Below are positions 11,887 to 24,689 of a DNA stretch of 64,000 bases, in pieces. Each line of letters begins with the position of its first letter. The stretch's first letter is position 1. The position numbers and the translations under genes were made by a program. Below the pieces are notes generated by a model that made no database searches, was not told the DNA's origin, and saw only the letters and a program-made list of their open reading frames with translations. The stretch is from assembly GCA_951406725.2 (NCBI GenBank), contig OX597817.1, positions 47,182,001 to 47,246,000 on the forward strand. The letters run 5' to 3'. Source of the stretch: Octopus vulgaris. Taxonomy: Eukaryota.

Positions 11887-13089
11887 GGAAGGGGATCAAG
11901 CTGTAGAAACCATGCCAAAATTAACAAGGAAACTCAACATGGTCCTGCAGCATGCCAGCTACCTATCAAAGCATCCAACCCATGCCAGCATAGAAAGTGG
12001 ACATTAAATGGTGATAATGATGATGATGATGATGATGAAGATGAAACACACACTGACATCTAAGAAGTAAACAAACACTCTTCGTTGAACTGTTTCATTT
12101 GTGCAGACACTATTCATTAGTACAATGCTTAAACGGGTAAAAATCATTAAAATTGCACAAGGCTAGTCTACTAAATATTAGTCATCAAATTATTTTTTTA
12201 AAGAAATATATTATTCAAAAATGACGCCTTTGTTTGTGCATGCTTGTGTGCATATGTGTGTGTGTCTCTCTCTATATATTTATATATGTATATACAAATA
12301 TATGTATATATGTATATATAAATATACAAATATATATATATATATATAAAAGTATGTATATCATATATATAAATATATATATAAACAAAAAAGTATATAT
12401 ATATACATACATACATATATAAGTAAAATATATGTATATGTGTGTGTGTGTATATATATATATATATACATCAATATAATATATATAAATATATAAATGT
12501 ATACATCTATATAATATATATATATATATAAATATCTATATGTATAATAAATATATGTATGTATATATATATATGTGTGTGTGTGTATATATATACGTGT
12601 GTGTATATATATATAATAAATATATATATATATATATATATATGCATGTATATGTATATGTGTTTATATATATATATGCAACATTCTCTTGCCCAAAAAT
12701 AATATTGGAAACATTTTTGACTATGGACACCTCTATTTTCTTTTACAACACCCCTTACTCCTCCTCTTCCACCACGACGACCACCACCGCTGCCACCCTG
12801 CCCTTATCATTTTCTTTTGTTTTTAAGCAGCTCTTTCAAAATTTTGTTTGTTTTTCTTCAATGTTTAAAAATATAATTTACACATTCTACAAGTGAGTCT
12901 ATTGTTTATAAAATGAAAGCTCTATAAACTTAAATTGCCTATGGTTTAATATATTTGAAAAGAGAGTGGGTGTTGTATTTAATAAAATATGAATTTACAC
13001 GTCTTACTTTTCTTATTTAAGTGGCTCACAAAGTTTGTGTAGTACACTATAAATAAAAATAATTTTCTCTATACTATGGACATATATAT

Positions 13090-13129
<40 letters not shown>

Positions 13130-13130
<1 letters not shown>

Positions 13131-13497
13131 CTTTTGCTTGTTTCAGTCATTGGACAGCAGCCATGCTGGGGCACTGCTTTGAAAGCTTTAGATGAAAAGT
13201 TTGACACCCAGCACTTACTGTATTGGTCTTTTTTGTCAAACAACTAAATCACAGGGATGTAAACAAACCAATACTGGTTGTCGAGTGGTGGTGGGCAAGA
13301 CAAACATGAACACACACAAACATACAAATACACACACACACACGCACACACACATATATATATATACAAAAAGCTTCTTTCAGTTTCCATCAAATCCACT
13401 CACAAGGCTTTGTTTGGCCCAGAGCTATAGTGGAAGACATTTGCCCAAGGTGTCATGCCATGGGATCGAACCTGGAACCATGTGGGTGAGAAGCAAA
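13130..13497 (-). mobile_element. tRNA-derived CORE-type SINE family A (GGCGCAGGAGTGGCTGTGTGGTAAG head, internal microsatellite, ..GACTGAAACAAGTAAAAG tail)
   Basis: Matches more than 10 copies in the window; CCTTGGGCAAG core. Confidence 0.8.
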
Positions 13498-13799
13498 TAT
13501 ATGTTTGTATGTCTATGTGTGTGTGTGTATGTGTGTGTACACACACACACACACACGCACACACATATATATGTATCATGTAATTGTCATCATTTAACAT
13601 CTACCTTTCCATGCTTGCATGGATCAGACAGAAACTGTTCAGACAGATTTTCTACAGTTGGATGCCCTTCCTGTCATCAACCCTCACCTGTTTCTAAATA
13701 AGGTAATATTTCCTCATAGCCTGAAACATCTTTCATGACTGAGTACAAGCAACATCGTTTGTATGCTGATAATGCTCATTTACAACCATGCGATGTTTG

Positions 13800-14155
13800 C
13801 AAATGAGTATTATTGCTAATAAACACATGTACCGAGAGACAATTAGAAAAGCCCGCCTCTTACATAGATATATAAGTGTAAACAGTTTCTATGTACTATG
13901 TTGGATACAGGTAGTGTTCGTCTGGTATGTTGATTTTGTTTGTTTTTATATGTCTTGACTATACTTGCACTGAAGAGTAAAAAGTGCATTTTGTGCACTA
14001 ATTATGAAATCATATGATCTGCAGCTGAGTCTGATTTTAGGAGGCTCACTTCGAGAGTTGCATTCCCTCGCGTTCGGTACAATGTGGTTATTATGGTAGT
14101 TTTGACTCTAAGAGTCCCTCCTCGTGTGAGGCATTTATGTATAGTAATGCCTTAA
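13800..14155 (+). mobile_element. Penelope-like pseudo-LTR fragment
   Basis: TATATAAG at about 13870, hammerhead at 13965-14024, ends in (TA)n; 3' part repeated at 1-97. Confidence 0.6.
13965..14024 (+). ncRNA. Minimal type I hammerhead ribozyme
   Basis: TTGCA-CTGAAGA-stem II (GTAA/TTAT, AGTGCA/TGCACT)-GAAA-perfect palindrome ATCATATGAT-C-TGCAG; AUC triplet. Confidence 0.75.
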
Positions 14156-14166
14156 TATATATACAT

Positions 14167-14203
<37 letters not shown>

Positions 14204-14401
14204 GGTAGGGGGCTGCAAAAGGGGTCTTAGGGAGTAGTGTCTCTGCCTTCCTGAGCTAGTTTTCCACCACATTTCTTAAAAATCATGGTAGAGGCCTCAG
14301 TCTCGGGACCACTCATGTCTAGAAACTGAGGTTGGGGGTAAGCAAGGGCATGCTCCCCAAAGAAAAAAACAACAACAATAATAATAATAATAATGATAAT
14401 A

Positions 14402-14779
14402 ATTGAGAAGGAAAACAAACTAAGCTGGATCATAGATATAGCATGCCCAGCTGCCAACAAGATATGCGATAAGGAAGAAAGAAAAGCCGAGAGATATGAC
14501 AGGTTAGCTTGGGAGGTTAAGTAGTTGTGGTTGTTGAAAGAGGTGGCAGTAGTACCAATAATTGTCGGAGCCCTGGAAACAGTGAATAAAAATCTTGAGA
14601 AGTACATGGAACATATAGGGGCTGCAATAAGAGTGGAGCACTTGCAGAAAACAGCACTCCTTGGAACTGCTCAAATACTCCGGAAGGTGCTCGAAAAATA
14701 AGAGGTGTTACCTTAGTTCACTGGTAGTGAACAGCTGACACCATAGTACATCTCCAGCTTTAGAAGCTGTGCAAAGGCA
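14402..14779 (+). pseudogene. 5'-truncated Dong/R4 LINE: restriction-like endonuclease C-terminus + 3' UTR, in (TAA)n
   Basis: Translates KENKLSWIIDIACPAANKICDKEERKAERYDRLAWEVK*LW...VVPIIVGAL...LQKTALLGTAQILRKVLEK*; (TAA)n on both sides. Confidence 0.88.
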
Positions 14780-15414
14780 ATAATAATAATAATAACAATA
14801 ATAATAATCAAGCATTTCACATGCAAAAATTAAAATTTGCAGAATTGACCAACCCACCTGTGTCTGCAAGATTGCAAGAATAATAAAAACAAAGATCAAC
14901 AGCTAAACACACACACAAAAAGAACAAAGAAAAATATAAAACAACAACAAAACAATTTTTTGACAAAAAAAAGGTTACATTGCTTCTAAAGAGAAAGTAA
15001 CCTGAGTGATCGGTTACAACTAATGAAAGGTCAAAACTTAGAAGGGAAAGATGGTTACAAACTATTGACTTTATCTTTCATCACCAAACTAGTTTCTCAG
15101 ACAATAAAGGCCAAGGTGTGTGAGGGGAGATGGTGGGAGGTGGTTGCAGATGGGGTGAGGGGGTAGGAGAGGGAGAGAAAGAAACAAACAAAAATGTGCG
15201 AGTTCTTGTAATTGAAGTCAGCTGATTTCAAAAGACAGAGAGGTTTGGTAGAAACTAAAGTTCATCCGTTTATTCTTTGACATAAAAGCTCTCCTTTGTT
15301 TACGTGTTTCAAAGAGGGAGGGGGAATGGCAGAAGGAAGAGTGAACAATATATATAGACACACACACACACATATATATATATATATGTCTGTATGTATG
15401 TGTGTGTATGTATA

Positions 15415-15564
15415 TCATCATCAACATTTAACGTCCGCTTTCCATGCTAGCATGGGTTGGACGGCTCAACTGGGGTCTGGGGAGCCCGAAAGCTGCACCA
15501 GTCCAGTCAGATCTGGCAGTGTTTCTACAGCTGGATGCCCTTCCTAACGCCAACCACTCCGAGA

Positions 15565-15567
<3 letters not shown>
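15415..15567 (-). mobile_element. RTE 3' tail fragment
   Basis: Same terminal sequence as 9454-9630. Confidence 0.8.
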
Positions 15568-15616
<49 letters not shown>

Positions 15617-15801
15617 GTATGAATACATGTATGCCAAGAGAGTGAGAAAGAAAGACAGAAGAAACCTAAATATTAGATGGACTGATATATGTTTATATGT
15701 GTGTATATATATGTGTGTGTGTATATATATGTGTGTATATATATATGTGTATATATATATGTGTGTGTGTATATATATATGTGTGTGTATATATATATGT
15801 G

Positions 15802-15842
<41 letters not shown>

Positions 15843-15864
15843 GTGTATATATATATATGTGTGC

Positions 15865-15896
<32 letters not shown>

Positions 15897-16149
15897 GAGA
15901 AGGAGAGCATGAGAGAGAGAGGAAGGAATTTAGAAGTGACACAGAAGGAGACAAATGAGAGGGTGGAGTGGCAGAGAAACAGAGAAAGAGAGAGAGAGGG
16001 AATAGACAGACAGACAAGCAGGCAGACAGACAGACAAGCAGGCAGAAATAGTGAAGGCCTGGAAAAAAAAGAGAAGAGTAGAGAAACCTGAAGAGAATGG
16101 TAGAGAAAGAAAAGAAACAACAGAGAGAAAGAGAGAACAATGGAAAGGT

Positions 16150-16184
<35 letters not shown>

Positions 16185-16372
16185 CAGAGAGAGAAAGGGA
16201 GAGAGAAGCAGAAAGAACTACAGAAGACAAATGGTTAAAGATGACCCTCATCATTTATTGTGATAAAAGGAAAAGATTAATTAGATGGAATCAAAAGAAA
16301 AAAATAAATAAATAACGAAATAAAACCAAAAAAGCAAAAGAAAATCAAAGCCAAAATCTACTTGGAATGAGA

Positions 16373-16720
16373 TCAAACTAAAGACGACAATAAGCTTGGT
16401 GTATAGTGATTGGTGTCTAGCTTTGGAGAGTAAGTAGGAACTTTGCTGGAACTCTTGTACAGTCCACTGGTTTCTATAATTTCACAACAGATGATAGAGT
16501 AGCGAAGGTCAAAGCTCAGACACAGACAGAGCAGTAAAAACTGTGAAGTTCTCCAGCGGTTGTATCTATTTATCTTGAAGCTTATGAGCCTTGTACCCCA
16601 GCTAGATAAATCTGTGTTAAAAAGGAGAGATTTTAAGGTTATGAACAAGTGTAGGAATGATTTCTGCTTGACTAAGCATCGAGGTTTGTTTCTGTAGATC
16701 AAGAGGAATGGCCCCTGTCA
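16373..16720 (-). pseudogene. Possible highly decayed LINE (Jockey/CR1-like) C-terminal fragment
   Basis: Weak motifs IQPL.. and PKLDTNHYTPSLL resemble LINE RT C-termini. Confidence 0.3.
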
Positions 16721-16737
16721 GGCTCATGTCAATATGT

Positions 16738-16910
16738 AGGCGCAGGGGTGGCTGTGTGGGAAGTAGTTTGCTTACCAGCCACAGGGTTCCAGGCTCGGTT
16801 CCACTGTGAGGTACTTTGGCAAGTGTCTTCTACTATAGCCTCTGGCCGACCAAAGCCTGGTGAGTGGATTTGATAGACGGAAATTGAAGGAAGTGCGTCG
16901 TGTATATACA
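16738..16910 (+). mobile_element. SINE family A 5' half
   Basis: GGCGCAGGGGTGGCTGTGTGG head. Confidence 0.8.
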
Positions 16911-17756
16911 TGTGTGTGTGTGTGTGTGTGTGAAGGTGCATGGCTCAGTGGTTAGAGCATCAAGCTTACGATCTTGAGGCTGTGAGAACAGAGAGGGAGA
17001 ATAGAAAGAGAGAACAGAAATAGAGAGAGAGAGAGAGAGAGAGAGAGAAAATAGAGAGAGAACAGAGTGAGAGAGAGAGAGAGTGAGAGAGAGAGAGAGA
17101 GAGAGAAAACAGTGAGAAAGAGAGAGAGAAAACAGTGAGAAAGAGAGAGAGAAAACAGTGAGAAAGAGAGAGACAGAGAACAAAGAGAGAGAGAGAAAAC
17201 AGAATGAGAGAGTATAAAAGAGAGAATGAGAGAGAGAGAGAAGAGAGAAAACAGAGTAAGAGAGTGAGAAAGAGAGAGAGAATGAGAGAGAGAACAGAAA
17301 GAGAGAGAGAGAAGGAGGAGCAGAAAAAGGTGAGAAGTCGTGTAAGTGCAGTGGAGTGTGAAAAGTGTGTGACAGTCGATTAAAGATGAGGATAAAAGAA
17401 AATAACTAAAATCAATGTTGCAGACATGGTTTGCAGACACATTTGCCTAAGAGCAAAAAGGAAAAAGAAAAAACAAATGGAATGGTCACAATTGGAATGC
17501 ATTTGACTGTAATTCTCTGTACCATCAAAGATGACATAGATATAAACAGCTTCTTCGAGCAATCCCAGATAGGATTTGAACCTGCAAGATTGGGGAAATG
17601 AACCAAACACCATCATTCATACCTGTTTGGTGCCACATAAAAATCCCCGGTGCCGGTGTTATGTAAAAAGCATCCAGTACACTCTGTAAAGTGGTTGGCA
17701 CCAGGAAGGACATCCAGCCATAGAAACCATCCATAAACGAATGAGTGGAAGCTGGT

Positions 17757-18295
17757 GCAGCTTTCTTGCTTGCCACCTTTTCTTCGGTTCACCTTGGTTT
17801 CACGTTCCATTTACCTCAAACGCAATCACCCTCCTCAGAACATGCTCTTCAGCCCTCCTCAACACATACCCATACTTCTTTCTTTACTACCCACAAGGGG
17901 CTAAACACAGAGAGGACAAACAAGGACAGACAAACAGATTAAGTCAATGATATCGACCTTAGTACATAACTGGTACTTAATCTAACGACCCCGAAAGGAT
18001 GAAAGGCAAAGTCGACCTTAGCGGAATGTGAACTCAGAACGTAACGGCAGACGAAATACGGCTACGCATTTCGCCCGACATGCTAACGGTTCTGCCAGCT
18101 CGGCGCCTATACCACCTCACCCCATTCGCTCTTGCCAACCATTCCACCGCTTCCTCCGATCCTAGCATCCCCATCAAATCCTCAGTCCTCCTCTTATCAA
18201 ACAGCCTCACACCACACCTTTCTCTCACCATTGCTCTCTCAGTCCTCAAAATTACCAGCTCTCTCTCCCTCAGACACTATGTCTCACTCTCATAC
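17757..18295 (-). pseudogene. RTE LINE ORF C-terminal fragment interrupted by a family B SINE (17876-18108)
   Basis: RTERAMVR..CGVRLFDKRRTEDLMGMLG..LARANGVRWY | YGYVLRRAEEHVLRRVIAFEVNG...PKKRW. Confidence 0.8.
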
Positions 18296-19467
18296 AGCTT
18301 TCAAGGTAATGCAATTAAGATGGACACAAAATCATAAGATCGTAGTTTCAATTCCTGGGCCAGGCAATGGTTTGTGTTCTTGAGCAAAACCCTTCATTTC
18401 ACTTCCCTCCAGTCAACTCTGCTGACAAAAATGAGTGATCCTGTGACGGGCAGGTGTCCCATCCAGGTGGGGAATTTATACGCCTTTACGAGTCAATACG
18501 ACTCAAATCAGTAACTTTACATTTTTGTAATTAAGATGGAGTGAATAAGAGAGAGAGAGAGATAAGAGCAGGGCCAGGGTAGTAAGATGACAGAAGCAAG
18601 AGTATAAGGGGAGACATGGTGATTGGAGTGAGGGTTGAGTGAATGAGTGTGAATGGTGAAGAGACTAATGAGTGACCATCCTAAAAATAGCAGCATGAGT
18701 GAGCTGAAGAGTTACACAGTCACTTGACTTGCCACAAGTGGTAGCCAAATCTTCCACCTGTCACACTTTACTGGCTATAAGTGAAGGTGGGGAAGGCAGC
18801 ACTTTGAATAATGTAGTCCAAGATACACTGTATCTGAGAAAACAATCGGATGATTATAACTGGAACATCTTTTATCATAGGTCTGCTGTGTCAAAGCTGA
18901 TTTGAGGTGAAACAACAACAACAACATTTTCAATAGAACAACAGGGTTTGGTAGTAGCTCAAAGCAAGCCTACAATCTGAATGGTGTGTGCATGAGTGTG
19001 TGTGTGAGAAAGTGAGTGTGTGTGTGCATGTGTGTGTGTGAGTGTGTAGCGGAAGACTTGATGGATTCTTATTGGATGAAAATAATGGATGAATATCAGG
19101 AGAATGAAGCACTTAACTAAATTAATAACCGCCACCATCACCAACTCCATCACCATCAACACAACCAATTACTATATACATATAAAATGAAATGAGCCAT
19201 TTAATACCAGCACAAACTACCGACCACACTGCATACTTCTATATGACTCAAGCTGACAATACTAAAATTGCCTTGTTTCCCGCCGAATAGGGAGAAATAC
19301 CAGCATCACAAGGTCTCCTTTTGTATTTTTCTGTAGTTACATTCTGTGTATTTTCTTTATTTATTTCATTCATTTTGTGGATAATTTTCGTCTTAAAACT
19401 TAATTTATTCGCTCTGTTTTGGCTTTTTTTTAAAAGAGAAATAAAAGTAGATCAATGAAAATGAAGA

Positions 19468-19990
19468 TCATCATCATCATCCTCATCATTGTTTAACGTC
19501 CGCTTTCCATGCTAGCATGGGTTGGACGGTTTGACTGAGGGCTGGCGAACCAGGTGGCTGCACCAAACTCCAGTCTTGATCTGGCAGAGTTTCTACAGCT
19601 GGATGCCCTTCCTAACACCAACCACTCCGAGAATGTAGTGGGCGCTTTTACGTGCCACCGGCACGGGAGCCAGTCAGGCGGTACTGGCAATGACCTCGCT
19701 CGAATGTTTTTACACATGCCACCGGCACGGAGGCCAGTAAGGCGATGCTGGTAACGATCCCGCTCAAATGGTGCCTCCTACATGCCACCAGCACGGAAGC
19801 CAGTTAGCCGCTCTGGCAACGATCACACTCGGATGGTGCTCTTAGCACCCTACTAGCATGGGGCACAAGTGCCAGCAAGGCGATGCTGATAATGGTCACA
19901 CTCAAATGGTGCCTTTTATGTGCCACTGGCATTGAAGCCGGTTAGCCGCTTTGTCAATGATCACGCTCGTATTGTGCTCATGCCCGTCAT
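19468..19990 (-). mobile_element. RTE 3' UTR / tail element
   Basis: Same family as 9454-10040. Confidence 0.8.
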
Positions 19991-20149
19991 CAAATTTCGC
20001 TTTGATTTTGATTTAGATTTTTGAGTAGGATGGCAACAAAAAACACAATGACAATAACAGCATCTTGTCTATTAGCCACATGGGCTTGAAGACATAGAAA
20101 TACACAAAGATGTTGTGAAGTAAGGGGCTTACAAAGGTACACAGGGCGG

Positions 20150-20446
20150 GACAGAGATGATTTTTAAAATGAGAATATCTGAAATAAACTCAACTGCTCT
20201 CACAAACAAGAATACTAAAATTAACCCAACTGCTCTCAAAAATTAAATAAAAAAACGGAAAAATGTCCCAGAATCCTTGTCCGGTACTGGATCAATCCCA
20301 AAATCTAATCAGCTCATGCCAGTCACAAGGCCAAACATCCCTAAAAGTTCCATCTGAATTCATCCAGCAGTTCTTGAGATATCTTGTCCACAGTCAAACA
20401 AACAACCATGACTGACAACAATACCTTTACTAAGGCAGTAGTAATA
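20150..20446 (-). mobile_element. Helentron-associated non-autonomous element, second copy
   Basis: Reverse complement of 3350-3660. Confidence 0.6.
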
Positions 20447-20463
20447 ATAATAATAATAATAAT

Positions 20464-21215
20464 TGCCCTGATGCAGTACCAGGCAGTGGCTCTTGTGGCT
20501 TCTGATATTAACTGACTGGAAGTGATATCATATATAGTGTTTTGTCTTGGTATAAAAGATGGGCTATAGCAAATATTCTGCTCAATACCACAGATTTGCT
20601 TGTCAGTTGTTTGACCATAACCAGTTGACCATATCCCATAGTGGCTGGCGATATGTGCATCTCTGATCATGAGCAGAATAAACGTGACGCACCATAGCCA
20701 TGTGTTGAGAGGAATTCATTGAAATTTGAATAATTCACCTCTGGAAATATGGGTGTTTTATTCATCATCCTTAAACAAACTTTATTCAGGGACCTTTTGA
20801 ACATGATGGGTTACTCGACCTGAAGAAAATTCTAACTGGGCCCCACCTGCAAGGCCATGCACTGTTTATCTTGATATGAGATCACCATGTCATGCACATA
20901 TGGTTGTGATGCATGTGCCTAGTGTACCCTTATCAGATGGGTAGTCATGATGGGTATACTGGGCTTCATAAATTTTACCCCGGTGTCACTTTGATGGCAT
21001 ACACAGCTCTCTCGCTCAGTAATAATAATAATAGGGCCCCACCTGCAAGGTCATGTGCTGTTTGTCTTGATATGAGATCACCATATCACACACACATGGT
21101 TGTGATGTGTGTGCCTGGTGTAGCCTTATCATATGGGTAGTTACGATGGGTATGCTGAACTTCATATATTTTACCGCAGTGTCACTTAGATGGCATGCAC
21201 TGCTCTCTCACTCAA
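20464..21215 (+). mobile_element. (AAT)n-associated retroelement 3' region (family D): two tandem 5'-truncated copies, 20464-21020 and 21035-21215
   Basis: All copies (also - strand 51068-51215, 54250-54580) keep the ..GATGGCATGCACTGCTCTCTCACTC end and lie next to (AAT)n. Confidence 0.7.
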
Positions 21216-22486
21216 TAATGATAATAATAATAATTGTTGCAAGTAAATATATTTGTAATATATAATAGCAATCATCATCCTCACCATCAATAATGGTATG
21301 ACTTCAATTTGTTCAACTAGCATAGCTGGGAGAGGTGTGCCATAACATACAGCATCATGCCCCTGCTCCAGTACTAATTAGATTATCTAGACAAGAGAAA
21401 CTATTAAGTACATACAGCAGACTGCCTGAGAAGTCCAAGGCCTTCATTTTAAGGTAACCCTCAACTAATAACCATTCCTGTGTATTAATGTCTCAAATAT
21501 CAAAAAGGAACCACCATCAATAAGATTATTACATTTCTGGCTATTATCTTCATCTTCAGAGTGTATATTTACAGTATGTATATTTACAGTATTATATCTA
21601 CATCATGTTTGCAGGAGTAAGGCCATATGAGGACAATCAGAAATGAAATCAAATTAAATGTAGTTTAAATGCGTAATTATTGCAAATATGCACAATAAAC
21701 GATGAGGTCTAGATTATTATCGTCGAACTCCACCAGTACATTTGTCACACCTGAACGGCAGTACGGACAACAATTACTTTTGATTACAACCACAAGGTTG
21801 TATCTATAAAGGTAACACATAACAAGCAGTGGCTGATTCAAATTTAATGAAACTCACAAAGTTGCTGGTAAGCTTATATCATCAATCCCTGAGAGATGAT
21901 GGGTTACAATTGATCCTGGTGTAAATACAAAACAGACTTGCTACCAAGCTGCATGTAGTAGTAGCAGAAGTAGTAGTAGTGGTGGTGGTAGTAGTAGAAG
22001 TAGTAGTAATAGTAGTAGTAGTAGTAGTAATTAACATTGGTGGGGGGGAAAAGGCCAGTAATATAAGAAGGGTTGGCTTGAGATAGAGTAGAGATAATTG
22101 AATAGATTTGACCTTAGTTCATTATTTGTGTCTCTTTTATCGCCAGTGGCAAAGTCGACATGGCTGAGATTTAAAATGAGAGCTCATAAAGTGTTGCAAT
22201 AATTAACTGTTGTAAATACAGCAGAGCATTTATTTAATGGACACTCTGTTATTTCTACAGGCAGAAACACTGCCCTCCAGGTGGTTTTCTGCTAATATAA
22301 ATTATGTCTTTTGTGCAAAACTGCTGATATGGATATCTGCAAGTGTGTATAACAACTAGAAATGAAAAATATTTTAATAATTTTGATAAGAGAAATATAT
22401 TACAACAGGAATTAATAAGAATTTTCTAGACAGTGTAGACTTTAATAATTGCTTTCTTTTGGTAAAAGTTATATATAATTATTTGT

Positions 22487-22750
22487 GAAGGTGCGTGGCT
22501 TAGTGGTTAGGTTGTCAGCACCATGATCGTAAGATTGTGGTTTCGATTCCTGAACTGGGCACCGCATTGTGTTCTTGAGCAAAACACTTCATTTCACGTT
22601 GCTCCAGTTCACTCAGCTGGCAAAAATGAGTAATGCTGCAATGGACTGGCATCCCATCCAGCTGGGGAACATATATGACATAGAAACCGGGAAACCGGGC
22701 CCATGATCCTGGCTAGGCTTTAAAAGGGCACATTTATTTTTTTTATATAT
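22487..22750 (+). mobile_element. tRNA-derived SINE family C (GAAGGTGCGTGGCTTAGTGGTTAG head)
   Basis: A box TGGCTTAGTGG, B box GTTTCGATTCC, core TTGAGCAAAACACTTCATTTCAC. Related copies at 18335-18490, 48268-48560(-), 61548-61793(-). Confidence 0.8.
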
Positions 22751-22763
22751 TTTTTTATATATA

Positions 22764-23154
22764 GCGCAGGAGTGGCTGTGTGGTAAATAGCTTGCTAACC
22801 AACCACATGGTTCCGGGTTCAGTCCCACTGCGTGGCATCTTGGGCGAGTGTCTTCTGCTATAGCCCCGGGCCGACCAATGCCTTGTAAGTGGATTTGGTA
22901 GACGGAAACTGAAAGAAGCCTGTCGTATATATGTGTGTGTATGTGTGTCTGTGTTTGTCCCCCTAGCATTGCTTGACAACCGATGCTGGTGTGTTTACGT
23001 CTCCGTCACTTAGCAGTTCGGCAAAAGACACCGATAGAATAAGTACTGGGCTTACAAAGAATAAGTCCCGGGGTCGATTTGCTCGACTGAAGGCGGTGCT
23101 CCAGCATGGCTGCAGTCAAATGACTGAAACAAGTAAAAGAGTAAAGAAAGAGTA
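22764..23154 (+). mobile_element. Full-length SINE family A flanked by a 160-bp direct duplication
   Basis: Duplicated 22591-22750 and 23155-23314. Confidence 0.9.
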
Positions 23155-23924
23155 ATTTCACGTTGCTCCAGTCCACTCAGCTGGCAAAAATGAGTAATGC
23201 TGCAATGGACTGGCATCCCGTCCAGCTGGGGAACACATATGCCATAGAAACCGGGAAACCGGGCCCATGATCCTGGCTAGGCTTTAAAAGGGCGCATTTA
23301 TTTTTTTTATATATAATTAATTAACGAGTAGCTTTCTTTATTATAGTATAGACCGATTATACATGCCAAATTCCTCCTCTATAATGATTTTTTTGTTTTA
23401 CACAATACTAAAATGATTTAGTAGACTTTCTACTATGTTTACTATACCCATTTTTTTCTGTCCAATGATTCCACTCACATACCAACAACAAACAATAACA
23501 GCAATTTCTAAGGCATTCACTTCACTGTAGGGCATTAATTTTCTTAGAAAGGCATGAATATCACAGCTATTCTTTCCCCACCAGGAATGGCATAGTGATG
23601 TCAAGCAAGAGAGAAACCAATAATAAAAATGACGATTTCAATGAATGAGCGTTTGAAGGGAAGGATCAAAAATAAATGAAGATGCATCTATCTGTGATGG
23701 ATGTGTGAATGTAATTTGAGTCGAGAGAGGATCTTGCTATGAAGTCACAATGGGGACCGTGATGATTTTGGTTTTGCCTGGGACTGGACAAACATGTCTG
23801 TTGATTGCAAGATATAATAATTTTTTTGTTCTGCTTCTTCAGCTCAAATGGTTTAGATGCATCATGACAAAAGAGATCAATCTAGGCAAAATAGTAACAA
23901 TACTCTAAACAGTGCTGTACTCTT

Positions 23925-24349
23925 TCCCTTGCTTCGGTCATTTGACTGTGGCCATGCTGGAGCACCACCTTTAGTCGAGCAAATCGACCCCGGGACTTAT
24001 TCTTTGTAAGCCTAGTACTTATTCTATCGGCCTCGTTTGCTGAACCATTAAGTTATGGGGACGTAAACACACCTGCATCGAATGTGAAGCGATGTTGGTG
24101 GGACAAACACAGACACACAAACATACACAGACACACAAACATACACAGACACACAAACATACACATATATACATGTATATATATACAACAGGCTTCTTTC
24201 AGTTTCCATCTACCAAATCCACTAACATGGCTTTGGTCGGCCTGAGACTATAACAGAAGACACTTGCTCAAGGTGTCACGCAGTGGGACTGAACCCGGAA
24301 CCCTGTGGTTCGTAAGCAAGCTACTTACCACACAGCCACTCCTATGCCC
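23925..24349 (-). mobile_element. SINE family A
   Basis: Full head to tail. Confidence 0.85.
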
Positions 24350-24367
24350 ATAGCATTTATCTTATAT

Positions 24368-24484
24368 GTTTACAGCAACTAGTTTCCCAAGTGGTCACAC
24401 ATCTAAGTACAAACTAGGCTCGACTTTGCTTAACTTCGATGATCGGGCGAGCACCAGTGTTTTCAAAGTGATATGGCTGTAAAC
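24368..24484 (-). rRNA. 5S rRNA: Solitary full-length 5S rRNA copy (variant or pseudogene)
   Basis: Minus strand reads GTTTACAGCCATATCACTTTGAAAACACTGGTGCTCGCCCGATCATCGAAGTTAAGCAAAGTCGAGCCTAGTTTGTACTTAGATGTGTGACCACTTGGGAAACTAGTTGCTGTAAAC (117 nt). Terminal helix and box A present; no oligo-T terminator. Confidence 0.9.
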
Positions 24485-24689
24485 AATGATAATCCGTTCT
24501 ACTATAGGTACAAAGCCTAAAATTTGGGAGGAGAGGTAAGTTGATTATATTGACCGCAAGGTCAAACTGGTACTTATTTTAGCAACTCTGGAAGGATGTA
24601 TGGTGAAGCCAACTATGGCGGAATTTGAAATCAGAATGCAAGGACAAATGAAATAACACTAAGCATTTTGCTTAGCATGCTAATGACTT

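Noticed and set aside
22487-22565. tRNA genes at SINE heads (also 1195, 22764, 29614, 51863)
   Set aside because: A/B boxes continue into SINE cores and tails; no complete cloverleaf.
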